From the NCBI GenBank assembly GCA_041615815.1, contig JBFJCP010000019.1, positions 28,751-92,750 of the forward strand: a DNA stretch of 64,000 bases, read 5' to 3'. Shown here piece after piece: positions 1 through 12,331 of this stretch. The notes below the pieces were generated by a model. That model saw only the letters and a list, made by a program, of their open reading frames with translations. It was not told the origin of the DNA and ran no database searches. Numbering within the stretch: the stretch's first letter is position 1; each line of letters begins with the position of its first letter. The DNA is from Gemmatimonadales bacterium. Its GTDB lineage: Bacteria > Gemmatimonadota > Gemmatimonadetes > Gemmatimonadales > GWC2-71-9. The position numbers and the translations under genes were made by a program.

Positions 1-46
1 ATCGACTGGCCATTCCCCCAGCCAGGATGGCACCGCGAACGCTCAT
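1..46 (-). CDS. 5' end of a MobA-like NTP-transferase (runs off the window)
   Basis: Reverse strand ATG at 46 reads MSVRGAILAGGMASR, the ILAGGxxxR N-terminal motif of MobA-type nucleotidyltransferases; only 15 codons visible. Confidence 0.55.
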   Translation of the reverse strand, partial: MSVRGAILAGGMASR

Positions 47-88
47 CGAGACGTTACCGACCCTCGTACGAATGGATCTGCGCGATGG

Positions 89-523
89 TCACGTGGATTC
101 ATGGGAGCCGTCGTACTCGACGTAGAGATTGGGGTCCTCCTGAATACGTACGCGATGGAGATGCACGCCTTTGGGAAGACGTCCCACCACGCGCTTCCAA
201 ATGTAGACGGCGAGCGCCTCACCGGTGGGGATCTGCTGGCCATCGGCGAACTCTGGGACGGCGTAGTTCAGGTGGCGATGGTCGAATCGTTCGAACACCT
301 CTTCGCGCAGTATCCCGTCCAGTTGGGTCAGGTTGATCACCATTGCCGTCTCGGCGTCGAGAGGGCCCGCTACGGTCACGTGACAGGTGTAGTTATGTCC
401 GTGCCCGTGCTCGTTGGCGCACGGCCCGAACACCTCTTGGTTGCGCGCCGCAGACCACTCGGGACGGTGATACCGGTGCGCGGCACTGAAGCGTACCACA
501 CGAGTCAGAAACACTTGAGACAT
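89..523 (-). CDS. queD: 6-pyruvoyl-tetrahydropterin / 6-carboxytetrahydropterin synthase
   Basis: FSAAHR, C..HGHGHNY and FDHRHLN motifs; ATG 523 preceded by TACATT. Confidence 0.85.
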   Translation of the reverse strand: MSQVFLTRVVRFSAAHRYHRPEWSAARNQEVFGPCANEHGHGHNYTCHVTVAGPLDAETAMVINLTQLDGILREEVFERFDHRHLNYAVPEFADGQQIPTGEALAVYIWKRVVGRLPKGVHLHRVRIQEDPNLYVEYDGSHEST

Positions 524-637
524 GCTCGCAATGTAGCCGGAGATCAACGCACCCGCAGGGCCGCAGGCGTCGGCTCTTGCGGAGACTCGTGAGGGTTCGG
601 CCGACCAGCGGTGAGCGCGACGAACGAGGCCACGAGC

Positions 638-1402
638 CTACAACCGAAGCGCGTAGCCTAGCGAGAAAGTGAGGACCAGATGGTGGGTCCAATCCGTATC
701 GCTGCTCGTGAGGGGGTCGAGCACCGGCGCCCCGTCGGGATCGGCCACGGGCGGCTGGAAAAAGAGATCCGGATAACGGAGGCGCCAGATGACGTCTCGC
801 GCTTCGAAGCGAAAGAGCAGCCGATCGCTCACGTGCCAGCGAGCTCCCGCCTGCGGCGCGACGATGAAATGCGTGTTGAACTCGAATGTGCTGGAGTCCT
901 CGGGCACCTCACCGCCAAACGCCAGCCCCAGCGCCCCACCAATGTACGGAGCCAGCCGGCGCCAAGTCTTGCCCCCCGTCAAGACGAGATTGATGCCCGC
1001 GTCGGCCATGAGAACCTGCTGGTCAAACGTGCCGCGAGCACGCAACCCGGCGACCTGCGTTGGGTCGATCACGCGCCGGTCTAGGTCGGCCACGCCGAGC
1101 CGGATGTCGAGAGCCACCGGTCCGGAAAACAGAAACTCGTATCGACCCCCAACCACGACGCCGTCGCGGGGCCCGACCCCCGCCCGGCCCGCTTCGCCCT
1201 TGACGTAGCCACCCCACGCCGAGAAGACCTGTCGGGCCCGAACCTCGCGGTAGGGAGACGCGTCCGGTGGGTGACCCACTTGAGCGCTGGTTGCAGGCGG
1301 AAACGCGAGTGCGACCGCACACAGCGCGGCCGCGGTGAGCGCCCGTTGCACCGGCCGGCGGTGCGTCGTAGAATGCTCGATTGTGGTCATCGAATGAGGC
1401 AA
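638..1402 (-). CDS. Secreted/outer-membrane beta-barrel-like hypothetical protein
   Basis: Signal peptide (ALAFPPATSAQ), alternating beta-strand pattern, C-terminal FSLGYALRL; start uncertain. Confidence 0.6.
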   Translation of the reverse strand: MPHSMTTIEHSTTHRRPVQRALTAAALCAVALAFPPATSAQVGHPPDASPYREVRARQVFSAWGGYVKGEAGRAGVGPRDGVVVGGRYEFLFSGPVALDIRLGVADLDRRVIDPTQVAGLRARGTFDQQVLMADAGINLVLTGGKTWRRLAPYIGGALGLAFGGEVPEDSSTFEFNTHFIVAPQAGARWHVSDRLLFRFEARDVIWRLRYPDLFFQPPVADPDGAPVLDPLTSSDTDWTHHLVLTFSLGYALRL

Positions 1403-2416
1403 TCTATCGAGCTCCTCCGGCCCCTACCACCCTCTCGCTGGGTGTGGTCGTTGGTGGCAGTGGTCGCCGTTGTGATCCCAGCGGTGCCCGCTTCGGCGCA
1501 GGACGCCTACCGGGTTCGACGGACGGAGAACTTTCGTAAGGATCCCTCCGCGGCGGGCGTGCTGCTCGCCACCATCTCCGAGGGGGTAACGCTGCAAGGT
1601 CGAGCCGATGCCAACGGATGGATCGAGGTGACGCTCGATGGGTGGATTTGGTCACGGTCGCTTTCCCCCACCAACCGCGAAGGGCACGACCGGGTCGTCG
1701 ACGCGCGAGGGGGTGAGAATCTCAGAGCCTCCCCCAATGGACGTGTGCTTGCCAGGGTGGCCAACGGCTGCCTGCTCGATCACGTCGAGACCAGAGAAGG
1801 TTGGGTACGGGTACGCCGCACCGGGTGGATTTGGGGACGCTCGCTCGATGCGGTCCAGTCAACGGGATCGACCACGGCGTCTCCGGCTCCTGGGGCCGGC
1901 GCGACGTTGGATCAGGCCCTGACGGCCAACGACCTTGCGCTCCATCAGAGTCCGGACGGTCCCGAGGTGGGCAACCTCGGAGCCAACGCGCCGGTGCGCA
2001 TCATGGCGCGGTCGGGCGATTGGGTGCGCGTCCAGACGGAGGGATGGGTACGGAGGAGCGAGCTCAAGCCGGCCGCTTCGGAAGTTCGCGTGGGCGTCAG
2101 CGCCGCCGAGGTGCGTTCCCGTCCGCGAGAGTTCGAGGGTCAACTCGTTCAGTGGACCGTGCAGTACATTTCTATTCAACAGGCCGACGAGCTCCGCAAA
2201 GATATCCCGGCGGGGAGGAAGTACATCCTCGCCCGAGGCCCGCTTCCGGAAGCTGGCTTCGTGTATATCGTAGTCACGGACGAGCAGATTGCGGAGCTGG
2301 AGAAACTTCCACCGCTCACGTCCGTAGAGCTGGTAGGGCGCATCCGCGTTGGTCGATCCCAGTTCCTCGGCAACCCCATTCTCGACCTTGTGGAGATGGC
2401 GGTTCGCGACAGTTGA
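1393..2416 (+). CDS. Secreted multi-SH3b-domain protein
   Basis: Signal peptide, then three repeats of N(L/F)R..P.G...W(I/V).V...GW(I/V). Confidence 0.7.
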
Positions 2417-2424
2417 GGTCATGC

Positions 2425-4367
<1,943 letters not shown>

Positions 4368-4370
4368 GCG

Positions 4371-6128
4371 CTACTTCGTATCGCCTCGATGCCGGGCCTT
4401 GCGCGCTTCAACGATCTGACGGTGGACGGCAACGTTGTCCAGCCACGCCTTCCGCTCGAAGTAGCTCTTGGTCAGCTCAGCCACCTTGGGCGAGAGTAGG
4501 ATCAAGGCCAAGAGGTTGGGCAGGATCACGAGTCCCAAGAAGACGTCCCCGAGACTCCACACGTCTGCCAAGGCCAAGACGGCCCCCACGAAGTGCATGG
4601 CGACGAACGCGATCTTGTAGGGGAGGATCGCTTTGGCGCCAAAGAGATAATTGGCGCACCGATCACCGTAATAACTCCAGGCAATCGACGTCGACACGGC
4701 AAACAGGAACACGCTCAGCACCACGATGTACTTCCCGAAGTCTCCAGGGATACCGCGCTGGAAGCCGAGCATGGTGAGCGGTGCACCGCTCTCCACGGCG
4801 TCGCCGTAGAGCGCCGTGTACGTGGTCCCGTCTGCCCCCTCAGCCACGCCGCGGACCGGGTAAACGGTCCCGTTGAAGGGGCTGGTTTGTGTCGAGTCGG
4901 TGAAGAGCTGCTCCACCACCACTTCGTGCCACGCAATCTGGGCGACGTTGGGTGCAACGCCCACCTGGCGGCCGTTCTCGAAACGAATCTCAGAGGGCGG
5001 TTGCGGATCGCTGCGCCGTCCACCGTCGGTGTAGGCGACATACGAGAGGTCGCCTCCAGTGAGGGTGATCTGGGTATTGATGCGATCGTCCCACACGCCG
5101 GTGATGATGATGACGAGCGCCGTCATCGTAACGATGACAATCGTATCGATGAACGGCTCCACCAACGCCACGACGCCTTCCGAGACCGGCTCGTCAGTTT
5201 GGGCGGCGGCGTGCGCGATAGGAGCAGAGCCCTGACCCGCTTCGTTCGAAAACAGTCCCCGCTTCACACCCCACATCATCGTGACGAGAAAGGCGCCGAC
5301 GCCGGTGCCGGCAATACCGGCGCTCGGGTTGAAGGCCTCGCGAAAGATCAGCCCGAAGGTGGGGAGCACCTGGTCGATGTTGGTCAGGATAATGAACAGC
5401 GCACCGGCAACGTAGATGCCGGCCATCGAGGGTGCCAAGATACCGGTCACCTTTCCGATTCGGCTGATGCCACCGAGAATCACCGCCGCGACGATCGTTG
5501 CCGTGACGAAACCGGTGAGCGCAACAGGAATTCCGAACGTGGTGCGCAGCGTGTCAGCGACGGTGTTGGCTTGAATCGCGTTACCCGTGAGAAACGCGGT
5601 CAGTCCCAAGATCGCGGCAAACAGCACAGCCAACCACTTCCATCGAGCTCCAAGGCCGCGCTCGATGTAATACATGGGGCCACCGGACACCGTACCGGTC
5701 ATCCGATCGGCCTTGTCCCGACTCTCGACCTGGCGGAAGTACTGCGCCAGCGTAACCTCGGTGAACTTGGTTGCCATTCCCAACCCAGCCGTGACCCACA
5801 TCCAGAACAGTGCACCGGGTCCTCCCCAGTGAATGGCAATCGCCACGCCCGCAATGTTGCCGATCCCCACCGTGGCAGAGAGCGCCGTACTGAGGGCCTG
5901 GAAATGCGAAACGTCTCCGGGTTCGTCGGGATCGTCGTACCGTCCCGTTGTCACCGCGAACCCATGTCCGAGGTGCCGTAGCTGAATGAACGCGAGGCGG
6001 AAGGTAAGGAAGATCCCGGTGCCCACGAGGGCGATGACTACGACCGGGATACTTTCCTCTCCAGCCGGGATCCCAAACCCCCAGATGAAGTCGTTGAGCG
6101 ACTGAACGATGTTGGCGAACGTTTCCAT
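4371..6128 (-). CDS. Alanine/glycine:cation symporter (AgcS family)
   Basis: ATVGIGNIAGVA, GGPGALFWMW, GGPMYYI, RGLFSNEAGQGSAPIAHA. Confidence 0.93.
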   Translation of the reverse strand: METFANIVQSLNDFIWGFGIPAGEESIPVVVIALVGTGIFLTFRLAFIQLRHLGHGFAVTTGRYDDPDEPGDVSHFQALSTALSATVGIGNIAGVAIAIHWGGPGALFWMWVTAGLGMATKFTEVTLAQYFRQVESRDKADRMTGTVSGGPMYYIERGLGARWKWLAVLFAAILGLTAFLTGNAIQANTVADTLRTTFGIPVALTGFVTATIVAAVILGGISRIGKVTGILAPSMAGIYVAGALFIILTNIDQVLPTFGLIFREAFNPSAGIAGTGVGAFLVTMMWGVKRGLFSNEAGQGSAPIAHAAAQTDEPVSEGVVALVEPFIDTIVIVTMTALVIIITGVWDDRINTQITLTGGDLSYVAYTDGGRRSDPQPPSEIRFENGRQVGVAPNVAQIAWHEVVVEQLFTDSTQTSPFNGTVYPVRGVAEGADGTTYTALYGDAVESGAPLTMLGFQRGIPGDFGKYIVVLSVFLFAVSTSIAWSYYGDRCANYLFGAKAILPYKIAFVAMHFVGAVLALADVWSLGDVFLGLVILPNLLALILLSPKVAELTKSYFERKAWLDNVAVHRQIVEARKARHRGDTK

Positions 6129-6276
6129 GGCGTTAGGCTGGCGGGTGAGTGGCTGACATAATGCGCTGGGGTCCTTCGGGTGGCAAGTAACGTGCGCGTC
6201 GGGTTTTCTGGGGTACCCGTGAGCGGGAAGTTGGTTCGGCCTTCGCGAAGCGTCCGGAAGCGGGTATCTTCGCTGC

Positions 6277-7326
6277 ATGGCTGCCGCTGATTCGAGCCCC
6301 CGCACGCCCTCCGGTGGCGTCCGTGTTCCGGCGGCCCGCCGACGGTCGGCGCTGACCATGGTCAAGCTCTTCGAGGCCGGGACGCGGGTTGCGCTGACCA
6401 CGCACGTGAACGCCGATGGGGACGGTGCCGGAGCGGAAGTGGCGCTGTGGCATCTCCTCACCGCCCGTGGTGTCCGAGCAGCGATCACCAACCCGACCCC
6501 GTTCCCCGATCGATATCGATTTCTTCTACGCGGTGCCGAGCGCGCCGATCGGTCTGGGGAATCGGTGAAGCACCTTCAGGATGCTGACTTGATCGTCGTC
6601 CTCGACATCTCTGACATCGGTAGGCTGGGACATTTGGCCGGGACGGTGGATCGGGCAAAGGTGCCGGTGGCGTGTATCGACCACCATGCGAGCAATGGCA
6701 AGCTGCCACCCGGTCCGCGTCTGGTTGATCCGGGTGCGTGCGCCACGGGTGAGCTGCTGTACGACCTAGCTCGCTCCGCGCGGTGGCCCCTCAACGGGCC
6801 GGCTGCACAGGCGTTGTACGTGGCGCTGTTGACCGACACGGGGGGCTTTCGGTTCGCCAACACGACACCCCGGGCCCTCCAGGTGGCGGCTCACCTGCTG
6901 GGGCATGGTATCGACCCCGAGAGCATCTATCGGAATGTGTACGCAACACAATCGGAAGGACGGATCCGTCTGCTCGGTGAGGTGCTCGACACCCTGGTCG
7001 TGGAACCCGAACGAGGCCTTGCCTGGCTGACCATCCCGCCCGGCGCGTTGGAGCGCCACGGCGTCGATCCGGATGAGCTGGAGGGCGTGGTGGAATTCGC
7101 GCGATCGGTCAAAGGCATCCAGCTGGCGATGCTGTTTCGCCGTATCGCCAATGGGCGGATCAAGGTTTCCTTCCGATCGGTGGGTGACGTGGATGTGGCG
7201 GAGCTGGCCCAGCAGTTTGGAGGTGGAGGTCATCGCAAGGCGGCGGGCGCATCGCTCCAAGGGTCCTTGGCAGACGTGCAAGCGACCGTGTTATCTGCGG
7301 CTCGCCGTCTGCTGGTCCCTTCGTAG
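6277..7326 (+). CDS. nrnA: DHH/DHHA1 phosphoesterase (oligoribonuclease/pAp phosphatase)
   Basis: HVNADGD, IDHH, TDTGGF, KVSFRS, GGGGH. Confidence 0.9.
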   Translation: MAAADSSPRTPSGGVRVPAARRRSALTMVKLFEAGTRVALTTHVNADGDGAGAEVALWHLLTARGVRAAITNPTPFPDRYRFLLRGAERADRSGESVKHLQDADLIVVLDISDIGRLGHLAGTVDRAKVPVACIDHHASNGKLPPGPRLVDPGACATGELLYDLARSARWPLNGPAAQALYVALLTDTGGFRFANTTPRALQVAAHLLGHGIDPESIYRNVYATQSEGRIRLLGEVLDTLVVEPERGLAWLTIPPGALERHGVDPDELEGVVEFARSVKGIQLAMLFRRIANGRIKVSFRSVGDVDVAELAQQFGGGGHRKAAGASLQGSLADVQATVLSAARRLLVPS

Positions 7327-7364
7327 GTTGCTCACCTCATTGCCCGTTTCTAAGATTTGATGGG

Positions 7365-8462
7365 ATGACCAACAAACTGGAAGCCGCGGTTACGGAAGCG
7401 CTGACCAACGTCCGCAATCAACGGGTGGACCGCGATGTGCTCTCGGCCGGGATGGTGCAAGATCTTCGGATCGAGTCCGACGGCCGCGTCTCGTTCAGCT
7501 TTCTCCTGTCCCGAGAGGACGCCGCAGGGCTGGTGCGCGACGTGCGGCGAGCGGTACGAGCCGTCGCTGGAGTCCGTGATGTCACGATCGATGTGGTCGA
7601 ACCGCGGCGGCCCCCCGATGCCGCCACCAGGGGTCCGGCCTCCGGTGGAATGCCTCAGGCGCCTCAGCCGACCGCGCTCCCGACCCTCGGCACCGTGCTG
7701 GCGATCTCGAGCGGCAAGGGAGGGGTCGGCAAGTCGACCGTGGCCGCCAACCTCGCCGCCGCTCTCGCCCGAGACGGGCGCTCCGTGGCGATCATGGACG
7801 CCGATATATACGGCCCCAACATTCCGCGCCTGTTTGGCGTGAGCGACAAGCCCCGCGTGGAAGGTGGGAAGATCATCCCGCTCGAGAAATACGGCGTCAA
7901 GCTGATCTCACTTGGGCTCCTCGTCGAACGGGACGCGCCCGCTATCTGGCGTGGACCGATCGTCACCAAGATCATCACGCAGTTCCTCCACGACGTGGAC
8001 TGGGGTCCCCTCGACTACTTCATCGTGGACCTGCCACCTGGGACCGGCGACGCACAGCTGTCGCTGGCGCAAACGATCCAGGTGAAGGGTGCCATCATCG
8101 TCACCACCCCTCAGGAGATGGCGGTTGGGGACGCGCTGCGTGGAGCAAAGATGTTTGAACGCGTTGGCGTTCCCGTTCTCGGCATCGTCGAGAACATGAG
8201 CTACTTTGCCTGTCCCCATTGCGGCGAGCGCAGCCAGATCTTCGTGTCCGGTGGCGGGCAGCGGCTGGCCGACGAGCTGGGGATTCCCCTTCTCGGTCAG
8301 ATCCCGCTCCAAGCGGAGATGGCGGGGATGGCGGATGCAGGGAAGCCCGTGGTCATCGCGCAGCCGGATTCGCCCGCGGCTCAGGCCCTCACCGAGATCG
8401 CACAGGTCGTTCAGAAACGCGCTGGCGGGCGCAGTATCTCGCTGCCCATCATCACCGGTTAG
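7365..8462 (+). CDS. mrp: Mrp/NBP35 Fe-S cluster carrier ATPase
   Basis: SGKGGVGKST, DADIYGP, DLPPGTGD, ENMS..CPHC. Confidence 0.93.
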   Translation: MTNKLEAAVTEALTNVRNQRVDRDVLSAGMVQDLRIESDGRVSFSFLLSREDAAGLVRDVRRAVRAVAGVRDVTIDVVEPRRPPDAATRGPASGGMPQAPQPTALPTLGTVLAISSGKGGVGKSTVAANLAAALARDGRSVAIMDADIYGPNIPRLFGVSDKPRVEGGKIIPLEKYGVKLISLGLLVERDAPAIWRGPIVTKIITQFLHDVDWGPLDYFIVDLPPGTGDAQLSLAQTIQVKGAIIVTTPQEMAVGDALRGAKMFERVGVPVLGIVENMSYFACPHCGERSQIFVSGGGQRLADELGIPLLGQIPLQAEMAGMADAGKPVVIAQPDSPAAQALTEIAQVVQKRAGGRSISLPIITG

Positions 8463-8472
8463 GGCGGTCGGC

Positions 8473-8695
8473 GTGCGGCCGATCCTCACTCTGCTCACCC
8501 ATTGTTGGCTGCTCCGACGTCTGCGCTGCCGAGATGACGGCGGCGCCGTCTGGGGAGCTCGTCGCGCTCACGGGATCAGGTTACACGGTGGAGGTATTGC
8601 GACGAGATGGTGCGGCGGGGGTCGTGTTGGGCGTACGCTAGGGAGACGAGGTGAGGTTTGTCGAAGGCTACACGGGTCGGCGAACACCGACCTAA
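8473..8695 (+). pseudogene. Possible decayed lipoprotein remnant
   Basis: VRPILTLLT / frameshift / IVGC lipobox-like sequence, then an in-frame TAG at 8639-8641 with coding-like sequence beyond. Confidence 0.2.
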
Positions 8696-8713
8696 CGCGG
8701 GAGGTCCCGTCCG

Positions 8714-9568
8714 TCAGTACCACTCCACGTTGATGTCGCCGATGACGGCATCGATTCGGACGTGCACCTGGGTGCGCGCCGAGTCGTAGTTGGTCGAGAC
8801 GTAGCGCGCCCCCTGCTTGGTGAATCCCGCTCGCTGGAACGTCGCCAGAAATCGATCGAGATCGATGGAGACCCCTAGATCTTTGGGGAATCGAAGCGTG
8901 ACCGCTCCGAACCCGATGTCCACGCTCGTCTCGGTAGCCACGTTCGGATCCCAGCTCCCGCCAAAGTCGACCGACAAGCCGCCGGCGCCACCGGAGATCG
9001 ATATCTGTTCGCATCGCGCGTTGCCGAGTTTCTCGACGGTGAATTCGGCCGCGCCAACCTCGAATCGGAGATGCTCACAAGAGGTGCGGTTGGGCTCGCT
9101 GAACCTGACGACGGTGCGGCTCGCACCGGTCTTGAGCGTGGCCCGAGCAAGCACGAGGCCTCCGAGCTCGAGATCGGCGTCGGCAGCACCAAACTCAATC
9201 GCCAATCGGGCCGGGACGCCAACACCAACCGCCAGCGACAGGCGCTGTTTCGTGTTCTTGAGATACTTGAGCCTAGTGCTCACCCCCTCCCCGGAGACGC
9301 CGATGCGGAGAGAGCGCTCCGAGGGGTCGTACTCGGTCACCGGATCGAAATGGTCGTCGTCGTATACGAGCTCGGCGCGGTAGAGCGCCCCGCTGGAGTC
9401 CGGGCGGAGGAAGAACCGTCCGGCGGCAAACCGAACGTTCACCCGGAGCGTGTCTTCTGCCTGCATCCAACGCGAGAGGGAAACCGTTTGGTACGACTGA
9501 GCCGCGAGCGGTGGAGCCCCCACCGCGGCGGCGACGAGACCAAGGGTGACGGCGATCGGGGTGTTCAC
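8714..9568 (-). CDS. Secreted beta-rich protein (DUF2154/LiaF/toast-rack-like)
   Basis: Signal peptide LAAQ; repeated GA...L.vdf units; C-terminal IDAVIGDINV; GTG 9568 overlaps upstream stop. Confidence 0.6.
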   Translation of the reverse strand: MNTPIAVTLGLVAAAVGAPPLAAQSYQTVSLSRWMQAEDTLRVNVRFAAGRFFLRPDSSGALYRAELVYDDDHFDPVTEYDPSERSLRIGVSGEGVSTRLKYLKNTKQRLSLAVGVGVPARLAIEFGAADADLELGGLVLARATLKTGASRTVVRFSEPNRTSCEHLRFEVGAAEFTVEKLGNARCEQISISGGAGGLSVDFGGSWDPNVATETSVDIGFGAVTLRFPKDLGVSIDLDRFLATFQRAGFTKQGARYVSTNYDSARTQVHVRIDAVIGDINVEWY

Positions 9569-11088
9569 TCGCTGCCGCGGCGCGAGGACCGCGACCGCGT
9601 CATCAACTGGGCGGAGGGCTCCCAAAAGTGCTCGTCGGTGAGCGCCTGATCGATCTGGCGGATCACCGTGCCCCGGACACCCCCCCGTGAAACGATGGTG
9701 GCACCGAAACCGGCTGTAGCCACCATCCACGTGAGGAATGCCGCCATGATCAATGCGATCGTGCCGGCGACGGGAACCCAACTCAGTAAGACCGCCGGAA
9801 TCCAAATGGCCAGGAGCCCGAGCAAGCCGTAGAACAGGTACCGGTACGTGAGCCAACCTCTCACCTCGTGTCCCTGTGCCATGCGACGCCGCACGTAGAT
9901 CTCACCCACCGTCCGGGCGACGGCGATGTAACCACCCGCGACAGCGAGGAACAGCGCGACGGCAAAGGCGGCTACCGCGAATGGGACCACCAGGAGACCC
10001 ACCAGGGTGATCGCGAGGCCCACGATCAGGATACCCAACGCCGGCAACAGCAGCGGTTGCGCGAAGAGTCCTGCAAGGAACGAGCGCCAGAACGAGTGCC
10101 ACACGGTATCGGCCACCGCCTCGAGCTGGCGCGGCGCGAAGAACATCAGGCCGATGCCGAGGAATGCCAGGCCCACGAAGCTGGCGATGAGGCTCAGGAG
10201 ATCCACGGCGATGCGTCCGATCGCCGAGGTCGAACCCGCAGCGGAGGCTCCAGTGGACACCACGATCTGAGGCCTGGGAGGGACGAGGTCCGGCACGGGT
10301 GGAGCGACTTCCGGCCGCGGGGTCAACACCCCGGAGACGGCCTGCACCCGACCCAACACGCGTCCCCCGTTATGCACCAATTGTCCTTGGAGCAATCTCA
10401 CGTTCCCGTCCACGACGCCGCCGTCTTCGAGAATCACATCGCCGCCGAGCGCGATGAGATCGCCGCGGATCCGGCCTGCCACCCGGACGTCCCCGCTGAG
10501 CACGGTCACCGGTCCGTCGAGGACTTCGCCGGCCGGGACGAGGAGCCCATCCGTGTGGACGCCTTCGCCCTGGAGGATCCCGTCGAGATCCACCTGGATC
10601 TGGGCCGCCTCCAGCGCCGCGGCGACCTGTGCCGAGAGCGACGAGAGTGCCGGGACCGGCGCCACGGTTGGGGCGGGCCGCGGGGCCTGAGCACCCTGCA
10701 GCGGCCGAGCCGCCTCCCGAATCGCGCGGACCGCGTCGGCCTCGGAACCTTCGAGTCCGGAGACATCGAAGCGAAGCAGTCGCGTGATCAGCTCGCCGGG
10801 GTTCAAGGCGCCGGCTCCGGTCACCAGCTCACGCCACGCTTGTGATACCGGTCCGTCGGCCCGAACGCTCGCGACCTCCGCTCCATTGACCATTAGGTGG
10901 TCTCCGTGGATCGCCAAACGCACGACACCGCCGTCCGCCAGCTCCAAGTCGAGCGCGGCGGCATGATCGGAGATCGTTGCCGAGTGCGCCACCACGTGAC
11001 CAGCCTGCTGCACGGCAAAGGTCGTCGCATGCAGCGGCGTTGCCGGAAGCAACGCCACGAGGCCAAGCGCCATCCTAACGCTTCGCAT
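9565..11088 (-). CDS. Membrane protein with bactofilin-like (polymer-forming) beta-helix
   Basis: Signal peptide; GDVRVAGRIRGDLIALGGDVILEDGGVVDGNV repeats; Pro-rich linker; about 5 C-terminal TM helices. Confidence 0.7.
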   Translation of the reverse strand: MRSVRMALGLVALLPATPLHATTFAVQQAGHVVAHSATISDHAAALDLELADGGVVRLAIHGDHLMVNGAEVASVRADGPVSQAWRELVTGAGALNPGELITRLLRFDVSGLEGSEADAVRAIREAARPLQGAQAPRPAPTVAPVPALSSLSAQVAAALEAAQIQVDLDGILQGEGVHTDGLLVPAGEVLDGPVTVLSGDVRVAGRIRGDLIALGGDVILEDGGVVDGNVRLLQGQLVHNGGRVLGRVQAVSGVLTPRPEVAPPVPDLVPPRPQIVVSTGASAAGSTSAIGRIAVDLLSLIASFVGLAFLGIGLMFFAPRQLEAVADTVWHSFWRSFLAGLFAQPLLLPALGILIVGLAITLVGLLVVPFAVAAFAVALFLAVAGGYIAVARTVGEIYVRRRMAQGHEVRGWLTYRYLFYGLLGLLAIWIPAVLLSWVPVAGTIALIMAAFLTWMVATAGFGATIVSRGGVRGTVIRQIDQALTDEHFWEPSAQLMTRSRSSRRGSE

Positions 11089-11602
11089 GGGTCCCCATCC
11101 TCACTGGCACGTCGGCCCCAACGGTGCGGTACAAGCCCCACGCGCAGGCGGCCATGAGTATCATGCCCGCCAGTGTCACGCTCAGCGCCTGTGCCACGGT
11201 CAACGCCGTGAATCCCAATGTCTCCCCGAGGGCGAGCCACGCGGAGGCCACGGCTTCGAGGCCCCCTCGCCACAAAGCAAGAACCCCGTGCTCGATCGCG
11301 AACCCCACCACCCGTCCCGCCTCCGTGGGGTAGGAAGCCACCAAGGCCCCGACGGTGACGGCAGTCACCAAGGTCCCGGCGATCAGAGGAATGGCCGCCA
11401 TCCACATGCGACGTCTTGTCAGCTCGGTCCCCGCCCAATCGCGGAGCCGTCGGAGCCTTGGCGGCAGCGGAAGCCACACCCGCACGAGCACGCGCTCGGC
11501 CAGGCCCGGACTGGGCGTAAATGCGCGTAAAGCGGCCAGATGCTGGTGCACGGCCGGGTCTTCCTCGGCGGGGCTTCGCGGGTCCAAAGGAACGTCTCTC
11601 AT
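11075..11602 (-). CDS. Putative membrane anti-sigma factor
   Basis: Directly follows the ECF sigma; PSPGLAERVLVRV motif; 2-3 TM helices. Confidence 0.6.
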   Translation of the reverse strand: MRDVPLDPRSPAEEDPAVHQHLAALRAFTPSPGLAERVLVRVWLPLPPRLRRLRDWAGTELTRRRMWMAAIPLIAGTLVTAVTVGALVASYPTEAGRVVGFAIEHGVLALWRGGLEAVASAWLALGETLGFTALTVAQALSVTLAGMILMAACAWGLYRTVGADVPVRMGTHAKR

Positions 11603-11636
11603 CGTTAGTCCCTTACGGAATGCCGGTGCGGGAGTT

Positions 11637-12239
11637 TCACTCCCGGAGTGGGGCCAGAGCCTCTTGTAGCTCGGCTCGGGCCCGGTGGATGTAAGTCTTT
11701 ACAGTACCGAGAGGTAGGTCGAGGATTTTGGCGATCTCGTCGTACGGCCGCCCCTCGACGTGGCGCAGGATGATACAGGCGCGGTACTCCGGTCTGAGTT
11801 GAGCAATGGCCCGTTCGATGGCGGAACCGAGCTCGCGGGCCTCGACCTCTTCGAGCGGGGACTCACCCGAATCCCCGACTTGGATGGCCGTGGCCTCGAG
11901 CCGATCCTGTGTCGTGGCGTCTGGGCGCCCCTCCAGCGACAGGGTATCCAGCTCCTTGCGGCGAAGCTGATCAATGGCGGCGTTGTTCGCGATCTTGAAG
12001 ATCCAAGAGGAGAACTTGTACTCGGGGCGATAGCGGTCGATCGCGTTGAGGACCTTCACGAACGTTTCTTGGGTGAGATCCTCCGCCAGCTCCCGATCCC
12101 GCACCATCCGGTAGATGAGCGAGAACACGGGTCGTTGATAGCGCCGGATCAGCTCTCGGTACGCCGCCTCCGCTCCCTGGCGGGCGGAAAGGACCACCTG
12201 CTGGTCGGTGGCGTCGGAGAGGTCACGGGACGATTGCAT
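11637..12239 (-). CDS. ECF RNA polymerase sigma factor (SigW/RpoE-like)
   Basis: AEDLTQETFVK, FSSWIFKIANN, YDEIAKILDLPLGTVKTYIHRAR. Confidence 0.93.
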   Translation of the reverse strand: MQSSRDLSDATDQQVVLSARQGAEAAYRELIRRYQRPVFSLIYRMVRDRELAEDLTQETFVKVLNAIDRYRPEYKFSSWIFKIANNAAIDQLRRKELDTLSLEGRPDATTQDRLEATAIQVGDSGESPLEEVEARELGSAIERAIAQLRPEYRACIILRHVEGRPYDEIAKILDLPLGTVKTYIHRARAELQEALAPLRE

Positions 12240-12331
12240 AGACTCGGGATAAGCTACGCACGGGGGCGCGGATCGGGTTCATTCGGCCACTGCTTGCGGC
12301 AAGTTCAAGCGCGCCAGTATTTTTCGCGCCT

